A stretch of DNA of 63,889 nt, filler included, from Reticulomyxa filosa (GCA_000512085.1; 16 parts of 16 records of this genome joined end to end with filler, not necessarily neighbours in it), one strand, 5' to 3'. Positions 1 to 12,299 are shown, counted from the whole stretch's first letter. The notes: generated by a model not told the origin, from the sequence alone. Made by a program: numbers and translations.

Positions 1-146
1 TTTTTTTTTTTTTAAAAAGAAAAAAAAGGGGGGGATACAAAACAAACAATTTTTTTTTTTTTTTTAAAATTAAAAAAAAAAAAAAAAAAGGGGGACACAA
101 CAAAAATATAGATTTGTTGGAAGGAGCAACAAATGATGTACAAGAC

Positions 147-2358
147 CTGCTTCTTCTAAGTCGGAAGGAGAAGGTCGACTTTTGAGTTCATTTTTGACAT
201 TATCTTTGATTTGAGATTTTTCCAATTGTTCTTTGGTTGCTTGCATTTGTGTTTTGTAAATTGTTTCTCTTCGTACCATCGTTTCAGGAGACGGCCTGTC
301 TTCCATTTCTTGTCTTAATTGGTCTATCGTTTGGGACTTTTGCAGCTTTTCTTTTGTTGCTTGCATTGGAGTCTTTGCAATTCCTTTTCCATTTTTATTT
401 TTATTTTTTTCACTTGTCATCATACAAACCAAAAGAAAACAAAAAAAAAAACCTGCTGCAGCCAATTCATCGAAACTGGCTCTATCTTCCATCTCTTGCC
501 TCAAGTTGTCTTTGGCTTGTGACTTTTGCAGCTGTTCCTTGGTGAGTTGAAGTGGTGTTTTCAATATGCCTTTAACACAATAGTACATGCAATGTGTCAA
601 AAGTATCTCTCTCTCTCTTTTGTTCTTTGCACGACTGCTGTTAACAACAAAACAAACAATTACAAAAGTGCTATCCAAACAAACCAGCTTCCGCCAATTT
701 CTCTGCTTCAGTTCGGTCCTCAATGTCATACTTCAACTGATCCTTTACTAGTGATTTGTGAAGTTGTTCTTTGGTGGCTTGCATTTGACTTTTTAATATT
801 CCTATTTTTTTTAAGATTAATATACATATGCATATATGCATATACATACATATATATATGTAAATGTACATATGTAATATGAATAGAAATAGAAATGCAA
901 AGGACCTGCTTCTTCCAATCGCTCCGCTTCAGTTCTGTCTTCTATTTCTTGTTTCAACGAATCTTTTGCAAGGGATTTTTGTAGCTGCTCTTTTGTCAAT
1001 TGCGTTGAGGATTTTAATATTCCTGTTTCCAAAGTCATTGCATTATCTTATCCTTATCATGGTCCCCTCTCTCCTTTTTCTTTTTACTTTGTTGTAAAGA
1101 CAAACATACCAGCTTCGATTAATTGAGACGCGGGCGGTCTGGAGTTCAGTTCATATTTCATCGTGTCTCTGCGTTGTGACTTTTCCAAATTTTCTTTGTT
1201 GGCCTGCATTGTGCTTTTATAAATACCCTCTTTCTCCAGTTTGTTCAGATCCTGTTTGGTTTTCAATTCTTTTTCTAGCAGTTGTCGAGTATCTGTTATT
1301 TCATTTGACTGATGGAAGGATTCAAACAAGCAATAATGTCATTGAAGAGCAAGAGAGGGAAAAAAATTATAATATCCTCTCTTTTTATTTTTATTTATAT
1401 ATATATATATAAATAAAAATAAAAAGAGACTCCCTACTTTTGTTTCATGTGAATTGTTGTCGACAATAGGGTCAGCAGGTTGGCCATTTTCTTGTTGATC
1501 ATTCAAGGCCACGGAAGTTTCGGAGACATTATTGAGATTGTTTTCTTCTTCTGTTTGTTTTGTTTCGACGTGTGTTTCTGCGTCACTCTTTTCTTCTTTT
1601 TCTACGGCTTGCTCATCTTGCTCTGTGATGGTCTGAGCTCATGTGAGTCAACAATCAAATATGCGACTCTTATATTGTAAGGTTGTTTTGTTGTATCGTG
1701 AAAAATAAACAAAGAGGATAAAATGCGTGTTCAACTTCAAAGTCTGCTGATGATGACGGTCTTACGACAGATTGCTTTGTTGTGATTTTCATTTGCAAAA
1801 AAAAAAAAAAAACATTAATCAAATTCAGTGGAAACAAAAATGTAAATAATATTTATCAAAGTGATACAATATGATTTAAAAAAAAAAAAAATTGTAGTTT
1901 TTTTTTTTTTTTGCAAAACTGCAAAAGTATCCGAGTCATCCTTTTCATCTCCTATTTTGAATTCACGAACACTTCTTTTCCGACGAGATGTCGGTTTTGT
2001 TGGTTTTCCAATCTCTGATTCTGTCATATTTATTATTTGTCATTTATTATTTATTTATTTGTTTATTTGCTTGTTTATCGATGCATATTATGTTTATCAA
2101 TCTTTTTTTGAGAATTTCATATATTACTGTCTTTGTCATACCCGATTTTAAATCTGTCTCTTCTTGTGCCATTTGCTCTTTTTTTTCTTTTTTTTAATTT
2201 GTTTTTTTCATGTTCGTATTATAATATGAAAAATAGAAATATCAAACATCAAGTGCTTTTTAACTTTGAAGAGCTGCTTGATACCCTCCTGGTCCTCCTT
2301 TGAGACCACCCATGATCATTCCTGCTCCTAATTTCTTTTGTAATTCTGCCACGGACAT
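147..2358 (-). CDS. RPEL-repeat (G-actin-binding) protein, multi-exon, 3' end truncated by the contig start
   Basis: At least 7 repeats of ~39 aa, e.g. NVKNELKSRPSPSDLEEAG, QLRQEMEDRPSPETM, TMKYELNSRPPASQLIEAGIL, match the RPEL consensus (L..kl..RP..eeL.e.gIL). GT-AG exons at 1308-1110, 1022-906, 801-685, 569-453 and 383-147. Probable ATG at 2358 (MSVAELQKKLG); exons upstream of 1438 are not fully resolved. Confidence 0.8.
1378..1429. repeat. Perfect 52-bp AT-rich palindrome inside an intron
   Basis: tctctttttatttttattt-(at)7-aaataaaaataaaaagaga is its own reverse complement; it lies within intron 1309-1437. Confidence 0.9.
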
Positions 2359-3190
2359 GTGTTGCTTCTTTTTTACTGCTCAAACAATACACATTAACTA
2401 AGAAAAAAAAAGGGTATTAGTTTTCTTTTTATCATCCGTTTTCAAACCTTTTTGTATTCATTTTGATTAGTCTTTCTTTTTTATAATGAATCTTTGAAAG
2501 ACTTTTTGAAGAAAAAAAATTTGCTATTTGCGTAAACAATTTTATAAAAAGAAAAATTTTTTAAAAAGTAACTCTAAAAGATGTGAATAAATCGACATAG
2601 TAATAAATGTATTTCTCAAAGAAAAAAAGGACAACATAATAATCGTTTGTAATATCTGGATAAATTTGTTTTAATATTGTTCTAGTTCTTGTTATTTTAT
2701 ATTTTCAATCTTTGTTAATTTATTAAAAAAAAATAAAAAATGTTAATTTATTGATAATATCATCAAACAAACAGACATACATTATTAATACCAAATAATT
2801 TAGAATAGTCATCACAAATACGCACTGATTGGACGAAATAGTCTCATTATCATTAAAAGGTTTATAATGCATTCAACGTGTTGTCGCATACTTTTGACTA
2901 GACCAAATCATTGAACAAATTTATCAAAAAATATATACTAAATTGATATCATTGTACCCAAAACCAATTTGATTGCAGAAATGTTTACAGTTTTTCGATG
3001 GAGTGATTGTCACTATAATTATAGTTTTTTAAAAAAATTTAGGCATAGTCATCATCCATAACTTGGCCGAAAAAGTTGTTTTTTGAAACAAACGAAGCAA
3101 AGTCAAGAGTTTAGTCTTTTTTTTGGACACTGAAAAAAGAGAGGAGACGACACTTGAAACTTTTGCTGGAAGGTTGCAGGAGGGAGGAAA

Positions 3191-4828
3191 ATGCCTTGGT
3201 TTGAAGGTGGATTGTCAAACGTCTTTAGCTGGTTTTCCTCTGTTTTTCAAACAGTATTTCCCCAGCGCGGAGATGTGTATTCTCGTGCGTCTCGAACAGT
3301 CCATTTGTCCCTGTTTGTTGGTGGAGCAGCAATGCTCATTATATCTCGGTCAAGAAAAAACCATTTGCAAATATTTGGAACACCAACAAAAGACCCAACG
3401 AACTTTGACTACTCAATAAATCGTCGCAAAGCGTTGCAAGCGTTGCCATTGCCAAAACTGGTGGACAAAGAAAAACTGAAAAACATAAAGATTGTGGAAG
3501 GGTACAATCCAAACGCACGTGGGGAACTATTATTTTATCGCTGTTTCTTGCCACAGCATAAGAAGGCGCAAGGCCTGTTGTTTTTCGTCAGTGGTTATAA
3601 TGCCGACAGCGACCATTTGTATTATGTGATGGGAGTGGAACTGGCTAATTTGGGATACATTATGTTTACTTTTGATCATTACGGACATGGTCGGAGCGAT
3701 GGTTTGTGGACTTACATACATACCTTTGATTATCTTGTTGATGACGCGTGCTTGATGTCTGAATTTGCAAAGCAACAATTTGGACATTCCAAGATGGATT
3801 ACTTTTTGTATGGGTCTTCCATGGGAGGTTGTTATTTCATTCATGTGTATATACATATGAATGAATATACAAATAAATTATATACATACATATGTATATA
3901 TATACACTATAATATATATATATATGTATACGTATATGTAATTGTGATGTTGTTCGATTTTGCTCACATGTGCAAGAACATTCATTTAATAAATGTTACT
4001 AATTCCATCTGTATGTTTACAATATATGTAAATTAGGAGCTGTTGCGTTGCTAATGTCATTGAGATCACAGCAAAAACAGGAAAAAGACAACAATGACAA
4101 AGCCTCGTTACAACGTTGGAATGGATGCGTGTTACTTGCGCCAATGATTGCCATTGACCCATCGCTTTATCCTCCTCGAGTTGTCGTGTGGCTGTTGCGA
4201 TATGTCGTCAAACATTTGGTCCCTACGTTCCAATTACCTGGCATTGGCAACGATTTACTGAGTGTCTCCAGCCGAGATACCGAAATGATAAAGTGGCTTA
4301 GGGACAATCCTGTCATTTATTCCTATGGAACGCGAGTCCAAACTGCCGAATCTCTTTTGAATGCTTGTGACCTGATTTCCAATAATTTGGATCGCGTCTC
4401 TATACCGGTATGGACTTACACTATAATGTCCCTCCCCCTTTTGAAAAAATAAATTGCTTTTTTTTTATTATTATTTTTTGTGATGATGTATACGTATGCA
4501 CTGCACTGTTTTGTTTTGTTTTTTCCTCTTGCCTGTTGTAATATATTTGGGACAATAGATCTTGATTTTGCACGGAGAGGCTGACAAAGTCACTTCTTAT
4601 CATATGAGTGAGAGACTTTACAAGGAAGCAACAAGCAAAGACAAAGTGTTGAAACTGTTCAAAGATGCCTATCATCTTTTGTTTGGTGACATTTGCAAAG
4701 ATGAAGTGTATCAAGTATGTTTAGAATGGATGAAAGAAAGAAGTGGACATGAAGTGTTTCAATCTGAAAGCTATTACTCTCTTACATTTAAAGAAAAAGT
4801 GCAATTGTCAAAGACAAGCCAAACATAA
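3191..4828 (+). CDS. Alpha/beta hydrolase, monoglyceride lipase/lysophospholipase (Hydrolase_4)-like, 3 exons
   Basis: DHYGHGRSDG motif; nucleophile motif GSSMGG-A split by intron 3828-4036; ILHGEAD (catalytic Asp) and AYHLL (His) after intron 4408-4558. Confidence 0.9.
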
Positions 4829-5005
4829 GAAAGCCTTTTTATTTTTTTTTATTTTGTATGATGGGTCCATTACCTTTTTTTCATATTTGTTCAAACAGTT
4901 TTTTTAAAAGAAGTTTTTTTCGAATATTCCAAAAAAAAAAAACAATTTCTTCCAATAAAGTTGGTGTCCTCAAAACTATTAAATAAATTATAAAATAAGG
5001 CAAAA

Positions 5006-6725
5006 CTACTCAGCCCTTTTCTCACAAGCAATAACTTTAGAAGTTTGACCTCCAGAGTTATTTGTTGCAATGTTACGTGTTGTATTGCTTTCGGAAACGA
5101 CCACTGTTTTGTCTTGTCCGGTTGTGGGTGCCAAATTCGTGCACACATTTTTATGAGTTTTCCATGAAGATACTTGACATGCTCTCGAACAGTACCACTC
5201 CAACTTGCATCGGGAACATCTTTTCTCGGCGTTTTTGCCACAGCAAGCGCAAGTTGGATTACTGTTCAAAAGTGATAGTTTCTCTAAGATATCGATATTA
5301 TATGTTCGTGCCCAGCTTTCTAGCTCTTTTTGTTTGGCAGCTGTGTCAATTTTGCTAAATATCTCCTGCATTTGCTTCTTTGCAATACTTGCAAAATCCG
5401 ACGCTAAAAGTTTTTGGCGCAAATGTGGTAATACTTCAATGCAATCAAAAGACGATTTAATGAGTGGAAGAGTGCTCAACAATGCCAATTCCTCCAATGA
5501 CCTTTTCATATCCACCAATACTGGCAGTTGATCCAATGTCATCGGACTCAAAAATTTTCGCAACTATAAAAAGATGGAGTGTAGATCTTGCATCGGCTCT
5601 ATACGTAAGGAAAAAAAATATATAAAAGAGAACTTTAAGCAAATGGTTTTGTCTAAATTCATTGATCTCGTATCTCTTGCGCACCTCTTTGTCCATGAAC
5701 AGGTTGTACACACATAGCCATAAATTGGCTTCTATTTTGGACATCCTTGCTACGTTAGAGGCGTCATATTCAATCCATTGGTTATTTTCAAACTTTTCTG
5801 TAATGGTCAGTTTTGTGTTTTCGTGTTTTTTTTCTTTTCTTCGGATGAATGGGTGATTTTCAATCAAACTCACTAATCCCATCAAATTATCATTTATATT
5901 AAGTATTCTTTGGGTCACACTGAGAGAAGCGTGCGACAGATGTTCTGTGATGAAACGAAACACCACAATAGTGGAAGCACAGACGCGATATTCAATATTT
6001 CGAGATTGCCTTATTAATTTCTATGAGTAGTTTAAGTGAATTGTTAGACAGACTAGAAAAAAAACTTTAACCAAAGTCTTGTTCTGACCTGTCGAAAAGT
6101 TTCATCCGTTAGCTCATCTCCAATAAGTGAATCTAGATCGTTATTAGTCACCGTTCTATACAAGTGATACATAATTACAATGATAATTCAAAATCTGAAA
6201 AGAAGCTTACCGTGCGTTAATTTTCGCAATTTTGCAACTGCAATAATCGCACAGTTCTAATAAAATATCCCCAATTTCATCAAATGCATTACCATGAAAC
6301 AACAACACTTCGAGTAAATTCATCACAGTTGCTTCATGGTATAACTGTAAATATGTGTGTTGTCTTTTTTTTATTAATAGTTTTTTAAAATGTAGAATAT
6401 TGAAAAGAAAATAACGAACAAGCATATAAAATCTAAGCGATAAATCCTCTTTGATGTCATTCAACAGCAATGGAAAAACTTTTTCTTTCCATATTTCAGT
6501 AATTAGTAAATCCCAAATAAGAGTTCCAATTTTTCTTTGTGTAATAAATTCTTCAACTACAAATTCGTCATGCCGAAATTGTAATGATTGATGTGCACAA
6601 ATATTTAATTGTTCCAGACGCTCGTGTTGATTGATCCAATCGGACGAGCCGATATATTGAATTTCAAATTCTTTAATTTGCTCCACAAAATGTCTAGCCT
6701 CAAATAATGTTAGTACAGTAGACAT
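5006..6725 (-). CDS. ZMYND10: Zinc finger MYND domain protein 10 (BLU/DNAAF7), axonemal dynein assembly factor, multi-exon
   Basis: N-terminus IGSSDWINQHERLEQLN...LLITEIWKEKVFP and LYHEATVMNLLEVLLFH match ZMYND10; C-terminal MYND finger CACC...RCSRCKLEWYCSRACQVSSWKTHKNVC. Confidence 0.92.
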
Positions 6726-6779
6726 TATATTTTATCTTTTGTTTATTTTTTGTTTAGAGAATATATTTCATTGTTGAAG

Positions 6780-6787
6780 TGACGTCA
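6780..6787. promoter_or_regulatory. Palindromic CRE-like element TGACGTCA upstream of ZMYND10
   Basis: Exact octamer 54 nt upstream of the ATG at 6725 in AT-rich sequence; function is inferred. Confidence 0.4.
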
Positions 6788-7179
6788 ATTTAGACAAATA
6801 TAAAATATTAATTGATGTTCTCCATTTAATCTTGCAGTTTTATTTTTTGTTTGCAAAAAAAAAATTAAAGCTCTAGTACAAGAATGTGATTACTTGTTCT
6901 TCCAATCTACGTTGGAAGCAATAATTCTATGAAAAAAAAGATGGAGAAATTATTGTCACCGAATAAAAACCCTCAACCTTTAGGTCTGCACTAAGAACTC
7001 ACCACTCACACTCAAAATCTCAAAAAAAAGGTTCATTTTGTAAAGAGAAAGCCGTAGAAAAACACACAAAAAAAGAAAAAAACAATCATGTTTTTCCTTA
7101 CCTCTCTGGTTCAACCAATACAGAAAGAGAAAAAAAAACTTGCCATTACTCACAAATTTAGATTTAAAAAACAAACACT

Positions 7180-8890
7180 TTAAGCAGCATGCTTTTTTGG
7201 TTTTTTTTTACTTCGCACATTTTTTTGCCGATTTTCCGGTTTTGAACCGGTTTGGCACAACACTTCTCCATGTGCGATGGTTTTACGTTTTGCCTTTTTT
7301 ACTCCCTGATCTTGACAACTTCTACAATCACACTTCCGCTCACAAGCCGGACAACGAAAATTGCACTTCTTAACCAAAGTGCATTTTGGTACATCACTGT
7401 GTTTTTTTTAAAATACGTCTGAGTGTTTCCCTTTTTATATGGTTCGATTGTCCCCCTCTTATTGATCACCAAAATATCAACAACGTAACTGTTTCTGAAA
7501 ATAAGATCGATATTCCATTTGCGCCTCAAGTATTGGCCGAATGTTTGCGGCTGAGTATTTCTTCAGGCACGATTCACAGAACTTTTTGTTGCATTTGCCA
7601 AACTTTAAAAAAAAAGGGAAGGAAAACAAAAACGTACATACGTACGTGTCAATGCAAAAAAAAAAAAATCAGAAAAGGGTTAAGAAGACAATAAGAAGCA
7701 AAAAAAAGCAAAACTTTGTTGTCCGAATTTTGAGTGCAAAACACCAAGTCCTTTTTCTTTTTTTTGCACTTATGACAGCTTGCGGGCGCATTTTTGGGAA
7801 TGCCTAAGTTTTTTGTCAATCCAAAAATACACTTGCCCTTCTGGCAATTCTCTTTGCCACAATATTCGCACAAAGGTTTTGTCGCTTGATGCTTTGCGTA
7901 CAGGACTTTTTTCTTCTCACCTGCTTTTTTTTTAGCAAAATTTCAAGTTTATAGCGTGTTTGCAATCATCTTATGTTCATATTTGATCGATATGGTGATA
8001 TCGTTTACTGCTCAACTTCTTGAGCATTATCGATTTTTTAGATTTTTTTTTACCTCATGACACTCCTTTCACAAGCAACAAAACACATAACTTTGGCGCA
8101 ATCCAAAAATGTCAATTTCAGTGGATATGTGCCTATCTTGCTTGCCAATAGAAAATTCAAATGGCTTGCTTGTAGATGACGCTAATGGAGGTTGAGCTGG
8201 TGTCGGTGTTATTAACGAAATGTCAGAGCATTGCAATAAACAAGGCAAAAGCGGTGACAACGATTCGACAATTTTCATGTCTGTGCTGCGACTGAAACGA
8301 GGTGATCGTGCTGGGCGTGACTCTTGGAATCCACACTCTGGACGTGCTCGTTTTTTTGGTCTAACATTCTGACAGCCTTTGTCTTCCATTTGGCCATCAC
8401 ACAAACGATCTCTGCTATTGTTGGTACAAGCACTGTCACAACACAAGCTATCCGAAATCTTGATATTTGTATGATTGACTTGGGATAGACCACAGAGTGA
8501 GTCGTTTTTGGATTTGAGTCTCAATCTCCGTCCATTGTCAGACTCTACCCACTCTTGGCTGTCGCTTTTTGACTGTAACAACACAATAAGCATTGAAGAT
8601 GGACATTTACAATTCATATCCGTCAAAGGAATTAAAAAAAAAAAAAAAAAAAAAAATTGTTTTCTATTTTCGAAGTGTGCTTGTGTAAATAAATTTTGGA
8701 GTGTTACCACAGCCACCTTTGGGACAACAAAAATAGGCTGAATAAATGTTGGTATCGGTTGAGTCGGTTCGTCCTCTACTTCGATTTTCCAAACATTTTT
8801 GTCGTCCACAAAACAAAAATTCCAGTCTTGGCTTGTTGAAAAGAATGATTTCTTATCGAGTGATACATAGGACTTCACACATTCTCGCAA
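7180..8890 (-). CDS. Protein with a C-terminal zf-4CXXC_R1 (CDCA7/JPO-like) zinc finger, multi-exon
   Basis: Splicing introns 7714-7603 and 7489-7397 gives SCHKCKKKKKDLVFCTQNSDNK|FGKCNKKFCESCLKKY...FQKH|DVPKCTLVKKCNFRCPACERKCDCRSCQ, the Cys spacing of zf-4CXXC_R1. Gene ends are uncertain. Confidence 0.7.
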
Positions 8891-8996
8891 CTATGGATGT
8901 CACATATAAAATCAATCAAATAAATAAAAAAGAGAAAATGAAAAATAAAACAAACAAATAAATAAAAAAAGCAAGTAGGATAAAATGTAATTTCCG

Positions 8997-9029
<33 letters not shown>

Positions 9030-9213
9030 TTTTCCATGTAAAGGTGTCATCTGGGATAATGACCCTGTCAATGATTCTGCCATCCAAATGTGATACCACA
9101 ATACTCTATGTTTAATTCAAACAAATATAGACAAACAATTAATTAAAAGCCGTAATTAATTATATACATGTACATATACAAATTAATTATGCGTAATAGG
9201 ATATAAAACGGAG

Positions 9214-10248
9214 TTAAATTATGCGGAGTATGTATGCACAGATAAAAACTTTGGACGGGGGTGTATGTGGACGTATTTTTTCATATTCCTTTGTAGCCAC
9301 AGAGGCCAACATATCTAGGTCGGTTAGAATTTCGCCTGTCTTGTCTTGGTGCGTATTATTTTGGGATACAGAGTGGCAACCGACGGTGAATGCTGCGATT
9401 GGAACTCGGAGGGATTGTCCCATATGCGTGGCGAATACTTTGACAAAATATGGAGTAGGAGTGCTGCCACCGTTGGCATAGCCATAGTCATCGTTATACG
9501 TAGATAGAAAAGGAGTCAGGTCATAAAACTGAACTTCCGCCAAAATGTCTTTCATTTGGATACAACCAATGTTATTTATCGTCATTGGGTCCAAAGCTAA
9601 ACAGCTCCACGGAGCGCTTACGACCGGTGTCCATGTCAGTGTCTCCAAAGTAATCAAACCGGGGTCATCTAAGCATTGCAGCACGCAAACGAAAAGCACT
9701 TCACTGCGGTCGATACGATAGTGCCAATACTTATTTCTCCCCTTTGACTTGACTCCACCGCTAGGGGGCCTTAAATTCCACGTCTCGTCTGTTATGGCTT
9801 CTATTGTTTCGGAATGGTCACTGCCATCCAACGCTGTTGCGGACATTGCATCACAACCTACTCTTTCTTTTTTTTCCGTATCTTTGTTCTCGCTCCATAG
9901 TTGTGGTGATTTATCTGGTTCATTTTTTTTTTCTAACACATACCCACCCAAATATGTCTTTCGATACTTTACAAAGTCTTTCAACTCAATTTCAAAACAT
10001 CCTTTTCCTATGCTCAATTCAATCCAAATGACCGGCAAGTCCTTCTCGTCACCACTCCGTGCTATACACTCGCAATCCGTCGCCGTGACACCTCCTCTCA
10101 ATGGAAACTGCGACCTTGGCATCTTTCTTCTTTCCTCGTCCTCACTAATTTGACTGCATTTACTCTCTGATATAACACCCTCCGATCTAGTGAACGCTGG
10201 TTCGTCTGTTCTTGTTGCAAAATTCGGAGTCGAAGACATGATTCGCAA
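9214..10248 (-). CDS. Hypothetical protein exon, possibly the 5' part of the zinc-finger gene
   Basis: 344-codon ORF with coding-like composition. A plausible donor near 9250 and a small exon at ~9105-9025 could link it to the 8890 exon. No family recognised. Confidence 0.55.
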   Translation of the reverse strand: MRIMSSTPNFATRTDEPAFTRSEGVISESKCSQISEDEERRKMPRSQFPLRGGVTATDCECIARSGDEKDLPVIWIELSIGKGCFEIELKDFVKYRKTYLGGYVLEKKNEPDKSPQLWSENKDTEKKERVGCDAMSATALDGSDHSETIEAITDETWNLRPPSGGVKSKGRNKYWHYRIDRSEVLFVCVLQCLDDPGLITLETLTWTPVVSAPWSCLALDPMTINNIGCIQMKDILAEVQFYDLTPFLSTYNDDYGYANGGSTPTPYFVKVFATHMGQSLRVPIAAFTVGCHSVSQNNTHQDKTGEILTDLDMLASVATKEYEKIRPHTPPSKVFICAYILRII

Positions 10249-10689
10249 GTTCAGGTCTAAATTATTGTTTTTTCACACAAAAATGAATTTTTTTCACTAA
10301 AAAGTCACACATGTTCCACAATATTCAAATATCCATTTACCTGAAAAAAAGGTATAGTAAAAAGATACTTCGAAATGTGGATTTCTTTTTCCCCCCTCCA
10401 CTTTTCCACTATCGCAAGTTTCCGAAATTTATCATGACATAGTGTTTTCTAAGTCTGCATTCAACACATATTTTTAAATCTTTTTTTAAGGGTAAATACA
10501 CTGATTGGGTGATTATGTCCGTGCCTACTTTGGACAAGCAAAATAACAAATTAGTCGTTCCAATTCTTGTTTTAAAAAGTGGCGCAACAATTTGAGTTAA
10601 CTTGTATGTGTTGATGCTAGCTCTTAAATGAAAAGTAACGAAGAAGCGAAGAAGGGGGGAGAAACGGGAAAAAAAAATATTATAGTGCC

Positions 10690-11451
10690 ATGGACATAAA
10701 CAAAGGTTTTCAGGCATTAGCCAAGTGTTTCCATGTGCACATGCTCTGTATGTTAAAAAGTAGTCAAGTCGGTGATCGCGGACTATTTGCACAGGATAAC
10801 AAGCCCATCAGTAAAGGCACTGTAATAATGAGTGTTCCACTAAGCCTGTGCCTAATTGAACCAAGCCCGACGCAGGAAGCTGAAACAAGTACATTGGCTT
10901 CAAAAAAACAAACTTCGCCCCATGAATGGAGATTTTGGATGACATGTACACTGATGAAAGTTCGTTTTTTGAAAAAAAAAAAAGGAGCAAGAAATTTGAA
11001 ACATAATAGTAATAAATGTGCATACACAAATAATAACAATCTCGATAGAAAGTATCACATGACAATTTTTGGAAGAGTTATCAAGATTATTTTCCTTCGT
11101 ATGTCCCACATCCAATGTTGTACAATTGGAGAGGATTACAAGAGAAAGAGGAAAAAGCAGAAGAAGAAGTGAAAGGCGAAAACAGAGTGAGCGAAGATAT
11201 ATTACAGTGTTTGTCACAAGTAACATGTGACAGTATTGTGGACGAAATCCACTCGTATCAACACGATATGAATCATCTTTGGAAAGAGCACCAACTCTCG
11301 GATACTGCAATGGATTCATTTTATCGCTTCAACTCTCTCATCTTTAGTCGAGTGTTTCGATGCGGTCATGACTACGCTCTCATTCCCTTTGTTGACATGT
11401 TGAATCACAGGCGAGTCACATTTTTCAATACTATTTTACAAGCACCAAAAA
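10690..11451 (+). CDS. SET-domain lysine/histidine methyltransferase, SETD3/SETD4/Rubisco-LSMT type (partial)
   Basis: GDRGLFAQ...ISKGTVIMSVPLSLCL and IFSRVF...ALIPFVDMLNH motifs; intron at ~10960-11048; cut by the spacer. Confidence 0.85.
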
Positions 11452-11551
11452 NNNNNNNNNNNNNNNNNNNNNNNNNNNNNNNNNNNNNNNNNNNNTTAAT
11501 TAATTAANNNNNNNNNNNNNNNNNNNNNNNNNNNNNNNNNNNNNNNNNNNN
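11452..11551. other. Artificial contig spacer N44-TTAATTAATTAA-N44 (first of 15)
   Basis: Identical 100-bp spacers start at 11452, 23930, 27287, 28753, 32262, 33458, 42995, 45465, 50060, 51500, 54494, 56209, 58963, 61112 and 62710. The 12-mer puts stop codons in all six frames. Confidence 0.99.
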
Positions 11552-12299
11552 GTGTATGCAATTTTTGGCCGAGCAAGCAATGTAAAAATACAATGGAAAG
11601 AACGAAACGTCGTTCAATTCGGAGGGAATGTTGGAAGATTGGAAAGGCAACGCTGTTTAGTTCAACATAATCCAACGGGAATAGCGCTTAACCTATGGCT
11701 AAGCGGTTTTTCGTTCATTTTTTTTAATTTTTTTCAAAAAATAATCATATAAACATGTTCAAAATGTGAAGAAATATGATTATGCTTTTCAATCTAAAGA
11801 AATTCTTTATATATTCAAATCACAAAATTATAACGTTTTGTCTAAAACAAGAAACGCCAAAAATAATCAAAAATATTCATCGTTTAGAATGGTCTTGTTA
11901 TAAAAAGATCGTTTTTTTACTATATTGTTTCATCCTCAACTTGCCACTGTATACATGCACAAACTCAGGTCTTTCAAATTAAAGTAATTCTACTCAAAGA
12001 AGTACAAAAACAAAAGATACATCATACAAAATAAAAACAATAAAGTTACTTAATTTAAATTTGAATTTGTGATCTTAATATCTGGTTTCCATGATCTGTT
12101 TCAACATGAAATATCATCGATAAAGACAATACATTGACATCAATGTCTGTACATTTGCCCACCAACTGCGACGTAACTCTTGATAACACAAACATTTTAT
12201 CACACCAAATATAGTCAAGAGAATTTGATCTTTAGATGCTATACAAACAACCGTTAACCAACAAATAATCTTGTGTTCACTAAATGTTAATGTATGTAT

